In this document: piece after piece, positions 25,441-38,280 of the stretch
How positions within the stretch are numbered: the stretch's first letter is position 1
Layout of the letters: every line of letters begins with the position of its first letter
NCBI GenBank assembly: GCA_038087875.1
Contig: CM075993.1
Span: 11,410,001-11,474,000, forward strand
Reading direction: 5' to 3'
From: Malacoraja senta
Lineage: Eukaryota
Length of the DNA: 64,000 nt
Notes under the pieces: model-generated
What the model was told of the DNA's origin: nothing
The model's database searches: none
What the model saw: only the letters and a program-made list of their open reading frames with translations
Program-made: the position numbers and the translations under genes

Positions 25441-26502
25441 CTGCTTCTACCATGAGAGCATGAGTTTCATCTTCGTGGCGAGAAAAGAGCTTCACCAAGG
25501 AGAGAGCGAGCTTGGTGACGGCAGACAGGAGACTCGAATACACAGAGTGGCGTGAAACCTGTTATTTTGTATTGTTATTATTGATAGTTAATAGTTTTTC
25601 TGTGCATTTACTTGTATTTTGCTTTAATTAATAGTTATTTGTGCTCTTCACCATGTGCTTTCTCCATTCATTGATCCGAATCCTTGAATCCTGCATATAT
25701 TTTGTTACACCCATCTTCTTTCCTTACCTGATGTCCTTTTGTTTCCTTTTCACCTCTGGCCTTTGTCACTATCTCCACCCATCTGCCAATCACCTCCCTC
25801 TCACCAGCACCCAACTATCACTTACCAGGCTTTGCCTCACTCCCATCTCTTTTCCAACTTTCTCTTCCCTACTCCATCAGTCTGGACTCAAAACGTTGGT
25901 CCATTTCCCTCCACGTGCTGTCTGATCTGTTGGGTTCTTCCAGCAATTTGTCCTTTTGCTCAAGAAACCAGCATCTGCAGTCTCTCATGTCTCCAATTCA
26001 CACAATGTCAAAAGTGATTCCACCTTATATAGTTCTTTGAGATTCAAATACTCATTCAATATATTAGAATGCATATTTCCAAAAAGGAAGAAATTAACTT
26101 ATGTATAATTATTCCGTAAATAGTTTATGTATTTACATATTAATACACAATCAACTGCTGAAAATTTGATTGATCTACATATTTTCTCAATCTCAGCAAT
26201 CTCCTCATCTGCTTTAGCTCCCCACGGTGAGCATTCCAGATATTTACGAGTCCCATCAATCATCCTCTCCTGGTCGTTCCTGGCCTCATTAGGCTACATT
26301 ATCATTGGAATAGGTTCCACGAGTCAAAATGAACCAGGAGAGATTTACTGATCGGCTCTTCCTCCCACACCCTGGGACCTGGTTCTGCGAGTGAAGGGAG
26401 TCTCAATGTGACAGGCAATCCTGGTAAAAAAATAACATGTGACACTGAAACATCACCAGACTGCAGTGAAGCTCAGTAAAACCAGTCGGTTTTTCACAAC
26501 TG

Positions 26503-26790
26503 TTTAGTTTAGTTTAGAGATACAGCGTGGAGACAGGCCCTTCGGCCCAAGTGCGAACCAACCAGTGATCACAAATACATTAGTTCTATCTTACACATGG
26601 GGACAATTTTACAGAAGCCAATCAACCTACAAACCTGGAAGTGTTTGCAGCAGGAAACAGGAGCACCCAGAGAAAACCCAAGTGGTCACAGGGAGATCGT
26701 ACAAACTCCGTACAGACAGCACCCATAGTCAGGATCACACTCAGGTCTCTGGCGCTGTAAAGCAGCTACTCTACGACTGTGCCAACTGTT
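26503..26790 (-). mobile_element. HE1/V-SINE-type SINE
   Basis: Same motifs as 25114-25440, in reverse. Confidence 0.8.
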
Positions 26791-26939
26791 GCCATCTTCC
26801 CCTGGGCCTGGCTCTGTCCATTCCAGTCATTCCCAAAGCCCAGAGACCTGCATCAACGCACAGTTGCTATTTCAACTACACACACTGTTATTTGGCAATC
26901 TGCCAAGCTGCTTCTCCAGAAGCATATGCTCTTGTCAGA

Positions 26940-28050
26940 TCAGATGATACCTTGTCAAAGACCTTACTAAAGTCCATGTGTAAATCACATCTACTGCCCT
27001 GCCCTCATCAATACACTTTGCTACCTCTTCAAAGAATTCCATCAGATCGGTCAGGCAGGACCTATCCTTGACAATGCCATGTTGGCTATCTCTGATTAAA
27101 TCCTGCCTTTCCAAATGATCATTCATCCTCTCCCTCATAATTTATTCCAATGTCTTCCCCACCGCTGACTTGTCCGGATAACAGGTTCATAGGTCTATAG
27201 TAATGTGCTGCTTTTTCTTGAAAATGGCAACCACGTCTGTCATCCTCCAGTCGTCAGAAGGTCATAATTAATAGGAGCAGAATTAGGCCATTCAGCTCAA
27301 CAAGGTTACTCCGCCATTCAAACACGGCTGATCTATCTCGCCCTCCTAATCCAATCTCCTGCCTTCTCCCCATAACCTGACACCCATACTAATCAAAAAT
27401 CTATCTATCTCTGCCCTAAAAATATCCATTGACGGCTTCCACAGCCATCTGTGGCAAAGAATTCCACAGATTCACCACCTTCTGACTAAAGAAATTCCTC
27501 CTCATCTCCTTCCTAAAGGAATATCCTTTAATTCTGAGGCTATGACCTCTGATCCTAGACTCTCCCACTCGTGGAAACATCCTCACCACATCAACTCTAT
27601 CCAAGCCCTACACGATTCGGAAAGTGTCAACGTGGTCCCTCCTCTTCCTTCTATCTAGCAAAGATTTAAAAATCTCAACCTGGGCCCTTGCAATCTCCTC
27701 CCTTACCTCTCACAGCAATCCAAGATAAATCCCGTCCAGCCCAGGGGATTTATGCATCTTTAAACTAAGTCATCTACTACCTCCTCTTTATTTATGGAGA
27801 CCTGCACTAGAGTTTCACCTTTTCCTTCAGTTCTCCATCTCATTTGTGAATACCAAAGATAGTATTCAAGCAGGACTTCACCTATACATTCTCCTGTTGT
27901 CCCTAACTGGTTCTTCCCTGGTTATTCTTTCTTCCTTAATATAGTTATAGAACACCTTCAGATTTACTTTAATCCAGTCAGTGATTATTTTAACCCTCTT
28001 TGCCTTCCCAATTTCCTTTTAAACTTCTCCCCTACACTTTTATTTTAACT
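26940..28050 (-). mobile_element. CR1 RT fragments with nested CR1 3' end (about 27260-27650)
   Basis: DHLERQDLIRDSQHG..RSCLTDL.EFFEEV..DEGRAVDVIY; RRNFFSQKVVNLWNSLP. Confidence 0.8.
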
Positions 28051-28074
28051 CTGACAGGCCACCCTCTCACTATG

Positions 28075-29060
28075 CAATGGTTTCGCTGAACACCTTCGCT
28101 CAGTCCACCTGGCCGGTTGCATCGTGGCTTGGTTCGACAACTTGAGTGCCCTGGAGAGGAAAAGACTACAAAAAGTAGTAAACACTGCCCAGTCCATCAT
28201 CGGCTCTGACCTCCCTTCCATCGAGGGGATCTACCACAGTCGCTGCCTCAAAAGGGCTGGCAGCATCATCAAGGACCCACACCATCCTGGCCACACACTC
28301 ATCTCCCTACTACCTTCAGGTAGAAGGTACAGGAGCCTGAAGACTGCAACGACCAGGTTCAGGAACAGCTACTTCCCCACAGCCATCAGGCTATTAAACC
28401 TGGCTCGGACATAACACTGAACTTTACTAGCCAATACTGTTATTTGCACTTTATCAGTATATTGACCATTGTGTATATATTTATAGAATGCCTTGTAGTA
28501 AATGCCTACTATGTTCTGTTGTGCTCAAGCAAAGCAAGAATTTCATTGTCCTACCAGGGACACATGACAATAAACTCACTTGACTTGACTTGACCTAACT
28601 GATCTCACGGTTGCTAAACACTTTAACTCCCCCTCCCATTCCCACACTGACCTTTCTGTCCTAAGCCTTCTCCATTGTCAGAGTGAGGCCAAACGCAAAT
28701 TGGAGGAATAGCATCTCATATTTTGCTTGGGCCGCTTACAACCCAGTAGTATGAATATTGATTTCTCTAAATTCAAGAAACCCCTGCATTCCCTCTCTCT
28801 CCATCCCTTCCCCACCCAAATCATTCCGGCTTTTCGTTCTCACCTAGCAAACAATTAACAGTGGCCTGTTTCCTTTATCATTGTTACTTTTTTGCTTATC
28901 TTTCATTCATTTGTTCTACATCTCTCTACATCATCGTCTACCTCTCGTTTCCCTCCGTGACTTTCAGTCTGAAGAAGAGTCTCGACCCGAAACATCACCC
29001 ATTCCTTTTCTCCAGAGATGCTGCCTGTCACACTGAGTTACTCCAGCATTTTCTGTCAAT
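28075..29060 (+). mobile_element. Penelope 3' fragment interrupted by a Rex1/Babar 3' end (about 28112-28593)
   Basis: FAEHLRSV...VAKHFNSPSH split by ERKRLQKVVNTAQSIIG..IIKDPHHPGH..LPSGRRYRS..TTRFRNSYFP with (acttg)n tail. Hammerhead motif at 28969. Confidence 0.85.
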
Positions 29061-29517
29061 CCTCCCTCTCATTTGTTCCCTATCTTTGTCACATGGTTCC
29101 TTTTTTCTCTTTGTCAAAGCCTAATTTCTTTCGAGAGTCAGGACTCCCTCCCTTTACGAGTTATCCCTGGCTTTCACCGTCATGGGAACATGATGGCCTT
29201 GAATTCTTGCTATTTCTATTTGAACGCTTCCCGCTGTGCTGATGTGAAATGAACAATCCCAGCCGTAAGTGCAGCTCATAAGGACACTGGCACGTGCGTG
29301 TTGATGTCAGGTGCCCGTCTTCCTGCATCCATCTCCAACTATAAGAGCAGCGTGTTCCGTGACATTTGCCAACTTCGCCAACTTCATCAACCTATCTGGT
29401 GAGGTGAGCAGTGGACCTGGTCACCTTCACTCGCGGGGTCAGTGATCTTGAAGTCCTCATGTAAACACGTTTTGTTTGTATTGGTGTGCACCCCAAAGAG
29501 TTCCCAGTCAGTACATA

Positions 29518-30618
29518 AGCCGGAGCTACACTCCAAACTTTCCGAGTTGAATGTGCCTGAACCCCTCTGTCTGTGGATCACCAGCTTCCTGACAGACAGG
29601 AAGCAGCATGTGAGGCTGGGAAAGCACATCTCGGACCCGCAAACCCTCAGCATAGGAGCGCCACAAGGCTACGTACTCTCCCCTCTCCTCTACTCTCTCT
29701 ACACCAATGACTGCACCTCCACTGACTCCTCTGTCAAGCTTCTCAAGTTTGCGGACAACACAACCCTGATTGGACTGATCCAGGATGGGGAGGAATCTGC
29801 CTACAGACAGGAAATGTCACAGCTGGCGTCCTGGTGCCATCGCAACAACCTGGAGCTCAATGCTCTTAATTGATTGTAGACTTTAGGAGCGCCCCCCTTC
29901 CCCTCACCCAACTCACCATCAACAACACCACAGTCACATCTGTGGAGTCTTTTAAGTTCCTGTGAACCATCATCTCCAAGGACCTTAAGTGGGGGGCTAC
30001 CATCGACTCCACAGTCAAAAAGGCACAACAGAGAATGTACTTCCTGCGGCAGCTGAGGAAGCACAATCTGCCACAGGCAATGATGGTCCAATTCTATACG
30101 GCCATCGTAGAGTCTGTCCTCACCTTCCCCATCATGGTTTGGTTTGGCTCAGCCACCAAGCACGACACCCGGAGGCTGCAGCGAATCGTCCGATCAGCAG
30201 AGAAGGTTATTGGCTGCAACCTTCCCTCCATTGACGAACTGTACACTGCAAGGGCCAGGAAGCGAGCGGGTAAGATCATCTCTGACCCCTCTCACCCTGG
30301 CCACAAGCTCTTTGAATCACTTCCCTCTGGAAGGCGACTCCGGACTGTCAAAGCTGCCACAGCCAGACATAAAAACAGCTTTTTTCCACGAGTAATAGCT
30401 CTACTCAATAACCAAAAATCTGTAGCCTCCTTTTGCTCTGGTATTTTATTTAATTCACATGTTTAATCAATAATGTTTTATTATTAATGTTTAATGTTTT
30501 ATGTATCATTCTTAACTGTCACTGTATGTCATGTTGTCACTTGTGGGCAGAGCACCAAGGCAATTTCCTTGTATGTGAATACTTGGACAATAAACGTATT
30601 CATTCATTCATTCATTCA
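29518..30618 (+). mobile_element. 5'-truncated Rex1/Babar LINE
   Basis: LCLWITSFLTDRKQHVR..GAPQGYVLSPLLYSLYTND..KFADNT; YFLRQLRK..SDPSHPGH..LPSGRR; tail aataaacgt(attc)n. Confidence 0.92.
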
Positions 30619-31037
30619 CTGGTTCTGTTCCAATGTCTGCATCTTTTCCTCCACCTGGGACTCGGAGACATTGTTTTGCCCAACAATAAACAGGATAGTC
30701 TACAGCCGAACAGATGTATGGGCCTCACATCCAAAGACTGGAATGTTAGACTGCCTAGAAGATTCTACAGACCCACTGGCACCATGCCAACATCATGCCC
30801 AGTAAATAGAGTAAGTTGCACCACACCCACCCCTGAAATATTGGTCACAATCATTTGCCAGTATTGTACAACGGAAGACTGTACTACAGAAAACAGGGAT
30901 GCTCTGGAGTCATTGAAACATCATACAACACCAAACAGGCCCTTCGGCCCATCATATCCATGTCGACCATCAGGTACCCACATACACCAGCCTTATTTAC
31001 CAGAATTGGTCTGTATCTGTGCCTCGGTCATCGAAAT

Positions 31038-32108
31038 ATTATTTATTTATTTTTTTGTATTTTAATTTTTTATTAGACGTATTTGCATATCATAGTCCAA
31101 CCCATTACAACCTTAAGTATCCAGGGTTCTGGGTACCCAGTTACCAAAATAGCTGGGGTCCTCCTTTATCGGTTACATATTAATGTTGCCTCTAATTATC
31201 TATTTATATTTATAGATAATAAAAATAAAGAAATAAAGAAAAGAAATTAGAAAAGTAAGATAAACTATCAATAATACAACTTAGGAGATAGGTCCATAGG
31301 TCAGAAAACGTAACTATTCATCTAGTCCTGGGTTCAGGTTTCAGTCAGGCCTCCGCGCCGGCCCAGTCTACCCCTTCAGATAATCTATAAATGGAGACCA
31401 TATTTTAGTAAATAATTCTGGTTTGTCAATTAAGACATATCTAATTTTTTCCAAATGTAAGGTCTCCGACATTTCCATAATCCACATCTTAATTGTGGGG
31501 GTTGCAGGATTTTTCCAAAATTTTAATATTAATTTTTTCCCAATTATTATACTGTAGTCAAGGAAATTTCTTTGGTTTGTTGTAAGTTTTAGATATTATT
31601 CTGATATGCCCAATATTATTAATTTAGGATCGGGATCCAGTTGAGTATTAACAACTACAGAGATTATTGTAAAAATATCCATCCAATAATTTTTAAATTT
31701 TATACAATTTACAAAGGTAAGGGTTAAATTAGCCGATGAGTGTTGGCATTTATCACAAATAGGAGAGATATTAGGAAAGATTCTATTTAATTTTGTTTTT
31801 GAATAATGCAATCTATGTAGTACTTTAAATTGTATTAAAGAATGTCTGGCATTTAATGAACATTGATGTATATGTTGTAAACTTTCATCCCAAATATCTT
31901 TTGTTATAGGTTGGGCTAATTCCTTTTCCCATGCTAATCTATATAATTCCGTCGACGGAGTCTCACTGTCTAAAAGAATATTATAAATATAAGATATTAA
32001 TTTACCTGTATTAGGGTGTTTATTCAAACATTCATCTAGAATCTCTGGTTCTCTAGTTCTGTATTCTTGTGTATGTGTTTTAACATAATCTTTAAGTTGG
32101 AAGTAATA
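31038..32108 (-). mobile_element. L1-clade LINE 3' fragment (ORF2 C-terminal zinc-finger region plus A-rich tail)
   Basis: AWEKEL..IW..IHQCSLNARHSLIQFKVLHRLHYSK.KL..IFP..SPICDKC; A-rich tail near 31040-31075. Confidence 0.85.
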
Positions 32109-32109
32109 T

Positions 32110-34620
32110 TATTTAAATGTTGTGAGAGTCCCTGCCTTCACCACCCCCTCCAGCCAACCTCGAGGGGAAACATTCTTCCCCATATCCCCACTAAACATTT
32201 AACCTTAAACCCAAGTTTTAATAACCTCTGCTATGGGGAATAGTTTCCCACTGCTGTCAATCCTAGCTATGCCACTCATCATTTTGTACTCTTCTATCAG
32301 ATCCTCTCTCATCCTCCTGAACTTCAAGAAAAAAAGCCCAGCCCTATCCAGTCTTTCCTCATAATGGAAATGCTCCAAACCAGGCAACATCCTGGTGAAT
32401 CTCCTCTGTACCTCCTCAAATGCAATTATGCCCTTCGTAGTGTGCAACCAGAACTACTTACAGTACTCCAGCCATGACCTAACGAATGTTTTATAAAATT
32501 ATTGCACAACCTCCCTGCTCTTACATTCTAAGGCCCAACTCATGAAGAAACCCATGTGGTTTCTTCACCACCTTATCTACCTGTGCCGGCACCTTGGATC
32601 CTTCGACTTGTACAGCAAGGTCCTTCTGCACCTCAATATTCACTAACACTTTTGCAAATAACAAAGAGTTGGGGAACTCATCATCTGTGGAGGGAATTAC
32701 ACAGACAACATTTTGAGTTGTGACCCAAAATGTGATCTGTTCATTTCCCTCCATAGATGCTGCCTGACCGAAAGTTCCTCCAGTGCTTTGTTTTTTTGTT
32801 GCAGATTCCTGCATCTACATTTCCTACAGCTGACATTGTTTTAATTTTAGTTCTCTTAATGTGCATCATCTTGCATTCATTAAATTTCATCTGCCATTGC
32901 TCTGCTCCTTACCAGTTGATCAATATCACCCTACGCCTATCCTCTCCATAGATGAACAATTTTCATGTAATCTGCATAAGTACTATTTGGATTGTTTTCC
33001 AAATCCAGATCTAAATAATTTATATAAAAAATAGTAGGAGTCCCAACACAGAATCCTGTGGTACATCACTAATAAGTGTCCTTCCACCATCCTCCTCTGC
33101 CTCCCATCCCCAAGCCAATATTGGATGCAAGCATGGGCTCTGACCTTTAGGCCAGTCTCCCATGTGGTGGAATCTCATCAAAACCCTCAATGAAATATAT
33201 ATAGTCTACATTAATTCTTCAATACGTTTTATTGTATCTTTGAAATTTAGGTTACCCCTCAGCCTCTTTAACTCCATGGAAAACTAGCCTATCCAATCTC
33301 TCGTTATAATTCAAGAACCCCAGTTCAGACATTCCCACAAATCCTTTCTGCACTCTATCAAGTTTAATCGCATCCTTCCTATGATGTGGTGACCAGAATT
33401 GCACACTATATTCTTTGTGTGGCTTGATCAGTGATTTGTAACATGACATCCCAATTCTTCAATGCCTCAGCTGATAAAGGCAAGCATACTTCTCCACTCC
33501 ATCTACCTACACCAATACTTTCAAGGAACTATGCACTTGAAACAAGGTCTCACTGTTCAATAATACTCCCCCAGGGCCCTGACATTTACTGTATATTTCC
33601 AAGCCTGGTTTAAAATCTCCAAAATGCATCACTTAGCACTTGTCTGAAATAAATTCCATCTGCCATTTCCTTGTTTATCAAGATCGTGTTGGAACCATGG
33701 ACAACACTCTTCACCGTCCACTATACCAGCAATTTTGGTGTCATCCACAAACTTACTAATCATGCCATCTACATTCTCTGCCAAATGATTTTGATGCATG
33801 AAGAAGAATAAAGGATCCTGTACTGATCTCTGCATCACACCACTGGTCACGGGCCTCCAATCTGAAAAATAACCCTCCACTACCACTCACTGCCTCCCTA
33901 CCACCGAGCCAATTTTGCATCCAGTTTCCTATCTCAAACTGAATCCCACGTGGTCTTAGCTTCTAGATCGTACTATGCAGCACTTTGTCAAAGGCCTTGC
34001 TAAACCCCATGCATACAAAGTTCACTGGCCCACCCATATCAATCCTCTTGGTCACCTCCTCAAGAAACTCTATCAAATAAATTGTACGCTATTTGCCTTG
34101 CACAAAGCCATGCTGACTATCACTAACCAGTCCTTGACTTTCCAAATGCAAATAAATCTTATCTTTCAGAACCACTGTAACCACAAATGAAAAGTTTACC
34201 ACCCTGTACTATCTGGCTTGTATTTGTAGCCCTTCTTAAATAAAGACACAACATTAGCCACCCTCAGGCTTCCAGTACCTGATCTGTGGCTAAAGAAACA
34301 CATTTCTCTGCCAGGGCCCCAGCAATCTCTTCCCTGGCTTCCCAAAGAATCATACGATACACTTGGTCAGCCACCATGGATTTATCCACCTTTATGCACT
34401 TTAAAGCCACCAACACCTCCTCCTTCACAATAGTGGTATCGTGAAGTGAATTGATGATTCCTTTCCTAACTCACAAGCTTCAATGTTCCTCTCCATGGTA
34501 AATCTGTCTACAGAATTGTTCCTCTTTTGCCTGTTGGCTGTTAAGAGACCTGTGCTATATTCCCAATAAAGTGATCCACCCCCACCCCCCTATTTTTGAA
34601 TTGAAGTTCTATCCATAAAA
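32110..34620 (-). mobile_element. Multiple degenerate CR1 fragments
   Basis: EEVQRRFTRMLPGL..YEERLDR; EYSVQFWSPH; SDWRPVTSGV.Q.SV..P..ISKFVDDTKI. Confidence 0.8.
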
Positions 34621-35839
34621 CTTTGTTTGATGCCCTTTGCAGGATATTCTGTCTCATTACTACACCTTGATCAGTATTACAATGGGACCTTCTCTTTTAC
34701 GTTCATCTCCTACCATCCCTGGAGATTCTATACCCAGAGTGTTAAGATGCCAGTCGCAACCTCTATTAAGCACATTTCTGTGGAGACACACACAATATAT
34801 TGCAGATGCTGGAATCTGGAGAACAAACAACATATTGGAGGAAGCTAACGGCTAGAGCAGAATTGTCATAGTTTCAGGTGGAAACCTTGCTGAGTGCAGC
34901 CACAGAATGACACTGCAGCTTCCCATTGGTTACACCGAAGAACAACTTGTACACATCGCATTCCATCCTCGTGTGATTCACATCCATGCCACCCATCATC
35001 CTCATCAATCCCCCACCACACCCCATTACAATACTGCTGATCTTACAATGACTGCCAGTGGGGGCTCTCCCTCCCCTGCACCAAGCGCCATGTGTGCCTG
35101 CTGTCACTCCAGGGCTGTCCTGGTCTTTTCCACCTTTTAAGCTGAGACCCTAAGATTTCTTGCCAAAAACATGTCATCACTTGACATGAGGCAACGACAT
35201 TACCATTCATCCAGGTGGACGATACATTCTGCTGCATTGGCTGCTATGCATACAGCTTCAGATGGCGCTAGCATTTATCCACTGCGACAAATATTGCCAT
35301 GACTAGTTGTTATATCTGCCATAAGGCTTGCTATGATTACTGCCAACATTACGATATGCACCTGATTACCAGAAGCTCCAGCTCCCTTCGACTCACACTA
35401 CATTCAACATCAATTTGGCTCCTTACAGTGATTTTAAATAATTTATCTCATACAAGTGCAAAATGATGCATTTTGGGGGAAGTTAAACCACAGTAGGAAA
35501 TACATAGTTGGCAGGGCCCTGGGGAATGTTATTGAAAAGTGAAACCTTGTGATAGAGGTTTTGAAACTACTCTTATTATTATTGATAGAGGTTTTAAAAT
35601 TACTCTTAATCATTCTGCGATTACTATATAATAGGTGGAGGCCTTTGAGGTGATTTACTACAAATTGACAGAGTCTCCACTTGATTGATATTATACAAGC
35701 CTAGTTAGCTAAGTGCAAAATGGGCTTAATATAAATTCATAAAATTTAGATTAAATTGAAATTTAGGTTTAACTCTGGTCAATGGGTTGAATTCCAGAAT
35801 TACACATTGAACACTGCAAAAGATTTTAATGAGCCAGTT

Positions 35840-36545
35840 AATATATCCAGAAGATAAGCACAAAAAGCTGGAGTAACTCAGCGGGATAGGCAGCATCTCT
35901 GGAGAGAAGGAATGGGTGACGTTTCGGGTCAAGACCCTTCTTCAGACTGGTTAGATAAGGGAAACGAGAGATATAGACGGTGATGAAAGATATGCAAAAA
36001 AAGTAATGATGATGAAGGAAACAGGCCATTGTAAGGTTAACTCATCCCTTCCCACACAATCCAGCCCCTCCCAAGGTACCTTCCCCTGCAACCACAGCAG
36101 ATGCAACACCTGTCGCTATACCTCCTCCCTCGACTGTCCAAGGACCCCAACAGTCCTTTCCGGTTAGGCAGAGGTTCACTTGCACCTCCTCCAAGCTCAT
36201 CTACTGTATCCGTTGTTCAAGATGTGGACTCTTATACATCGGCGAGACCAAACGCAGACTGGGCGATCGTTTCCAGGAGCACCTTTGCTCAGCCGGCATG
36301 AAGCAACCTGATCTCCTGGTTGTTGGACACTTTAATTCTCCCTCCAATCCTACACAGGCCTTTCTGTCCTCAGTCTCCTCCATTGTCAGAGTGAGGCTAA
36401 ACACAAATTGGAGGAACAGCATCTCATATTTCGCTTAGGCAGCTTACAGCCCAGTGGTATAACTTTTGATTTCTCTAACGAAGTAACCCTGGCATTCCCT
36501 CTCTCTCTCTCCATCCTTCCCCCACCCAAGTCGCACCAGCTTAAA
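35840..36545. mobile_element. Penelope-like element: inverted terminus (minus) plus GIY-YIG 3' fragment (plus)
   Basis: Reverse hammerhead motif at 35918-35945. GTFPCN..RC.TC..YIGETKRRLGDRF.EHL..LEEQHLIFRLGSLQPSG. Confidence 0.85.
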
Positions 36546-36624
36546 GTCATTGAGTCACAGAATCATATAGCATGGGAACAGGCCCAACTCGCCATGCCAA
36601 CCAAAATGCCTCATTTAATAGTTA

Positions 36625-38280
36625 AAGAGTCATACAGCACGGAAGCAGCCCCTTCAGCCCAACTTGTCCATGCCGACCAAGATGCCCCATCTAAGCTGGT
36701 CCCCTTTGCTCACGTTTGGCCCATATCCCTCCAAACCTGTCCTTTCCATGTATCTGTCCAAGTGTCTTTTGAATGCTGTTATAGTAACTGCCTCAACTAC
36801 CTCCTCTGCCAGCACGTTCCATATAACCACCAATCTCTGAATGAATCTATTGTATTACATCTTGCCACTCTCACCTTGAACCCCAAGTCCTCTTGTTTTT
36901 GATTCCCCTATCCTGGGTCAAAGACTCTGCGCATTCACCCTATCTATTCCCTTCATGATTTTATACACCCTATAATATCGCCCCTCAGCCTCCTTCACTC
37001 CGGATAAAGTCCTAGCCTGCTCAACTTCTCCCTATAGCTCAGGCCCTCAAATCCTGGTCAAATCCTCATAAATCTTCTATGCACCCTTTTCTAGCTTAAT
37101 GACATCCTTCCTGTAAATGGGTGACCAAAACTGAACAGAGTACTCAAGCATAGCCTCACTAACATCTTGTACAACTATAATATACCATTCCCAACTTCTA
37201 TACTTAATATCCTGACTGATGATGGCCAATGTACCAAAAGCTTTCTTGATCACCCTGTGATGCTACTTTCAGTGAATTATGTACCTGTACTCCTAGATCA
37301 CTCTGCTCAACAATACACCCCAGGGCCCTGCCATTCACTGCAAGGGTCCTGCCTTGGTTTGACTTCCCAAAATGCAACACCTCACACTTGACAGATGGCG
37401 CAATGGGCGAAGTGTTCGGCTGGCAACCGGAAGGTAGCCGGTTCGAATCCCGCTTGGAGTGCATACTGTCGTTGTGTCCTTGGGCAAGACACTTCACCCA
37501 CCTTTGCCTGCGTGTGAATGTGTGTGTGTGAGTGATTGGTGGTGGTCGGAGGGGCCGTAGGCGCAGATTAGCAGCCACACTTCCGTCAGTCTGCCCCAGG
37601 GCAGCTGTGGCTACAGAAGTAGCTCCCCACCACCGAGTGTGACTGAGGAGTGAATGAATAATGCGATGTAAAGCGCCTTGAGTATTAGAAAGGCGCTATA
37701 GAAATCCAATCCATTATTATTATTATTATTATCTGCATTAGCCTGAGCCCACTTCCCAGCTGATCAAGAGCTTGCTGTAATTATCATTTGCCAGTGTTTG
37801 GCCCATGGCACTCTAAGCCTTTTCTACCTTTCCAAATGTCTTTTACATGTTTTTATGGTACCTGCCTCAACTATTTCTTCTGGCAGCCTAAGTGAAAAGT
37901 TACTCCTCAGGTTCCTATTAAATCTTTTCCCTCTCATTTTAAACCTATGCCCCTCTAGTTATTGATTCCCGTACAATAGAAAAACACCTCTATGTACACC
38001 TCTAGAAGATCATCCCTCATCCTCCTGTGCTCCAAGGAGTAGTCTTAATCTGCCCAATCTCTCCTCATAGCTCAGTCCTGCAAGACCTGGCAACATTCCC
38101 ATTAAATCTTCTCAGCTCTCTTTCCAGCTTAATGGCATCATTTCGATAGAATAGTTACCAAAATTGAACACAATACTCAAAGTGTGGCCTCTTGTACAAC
38201 TGTAACAACTTCTACACACAACACTATGACAGATGAAGGCCAGCATGTCAAAAGCCTTCTTCACCACTCTATCTATCTAC
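36625..38280 (-). mobile_element. CR1 3' fragments hosting the SINE at 37390
   Basis: KCEVLHFGKSNQGRT..NGRALG..EQSDLGVQVHNSLKVASQ. Confidence 0.8.
37390..37730 (+). mobile_element. Full-length AFC-like CORE-SINE with L2-derived tail
   Basis: tRNA head (tggcgcaatgg; ggttcgaatccc), CORE-like gtgtccttgggcaagacacttcaccc, central gtcagtctgccccagggcagctgtggctac, tail tgtaaagcgccttgag...aaaggcgctatagaa..(att)n. It splits the CR1 sequence cacactt|atctgc. Confidence 0.85.
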
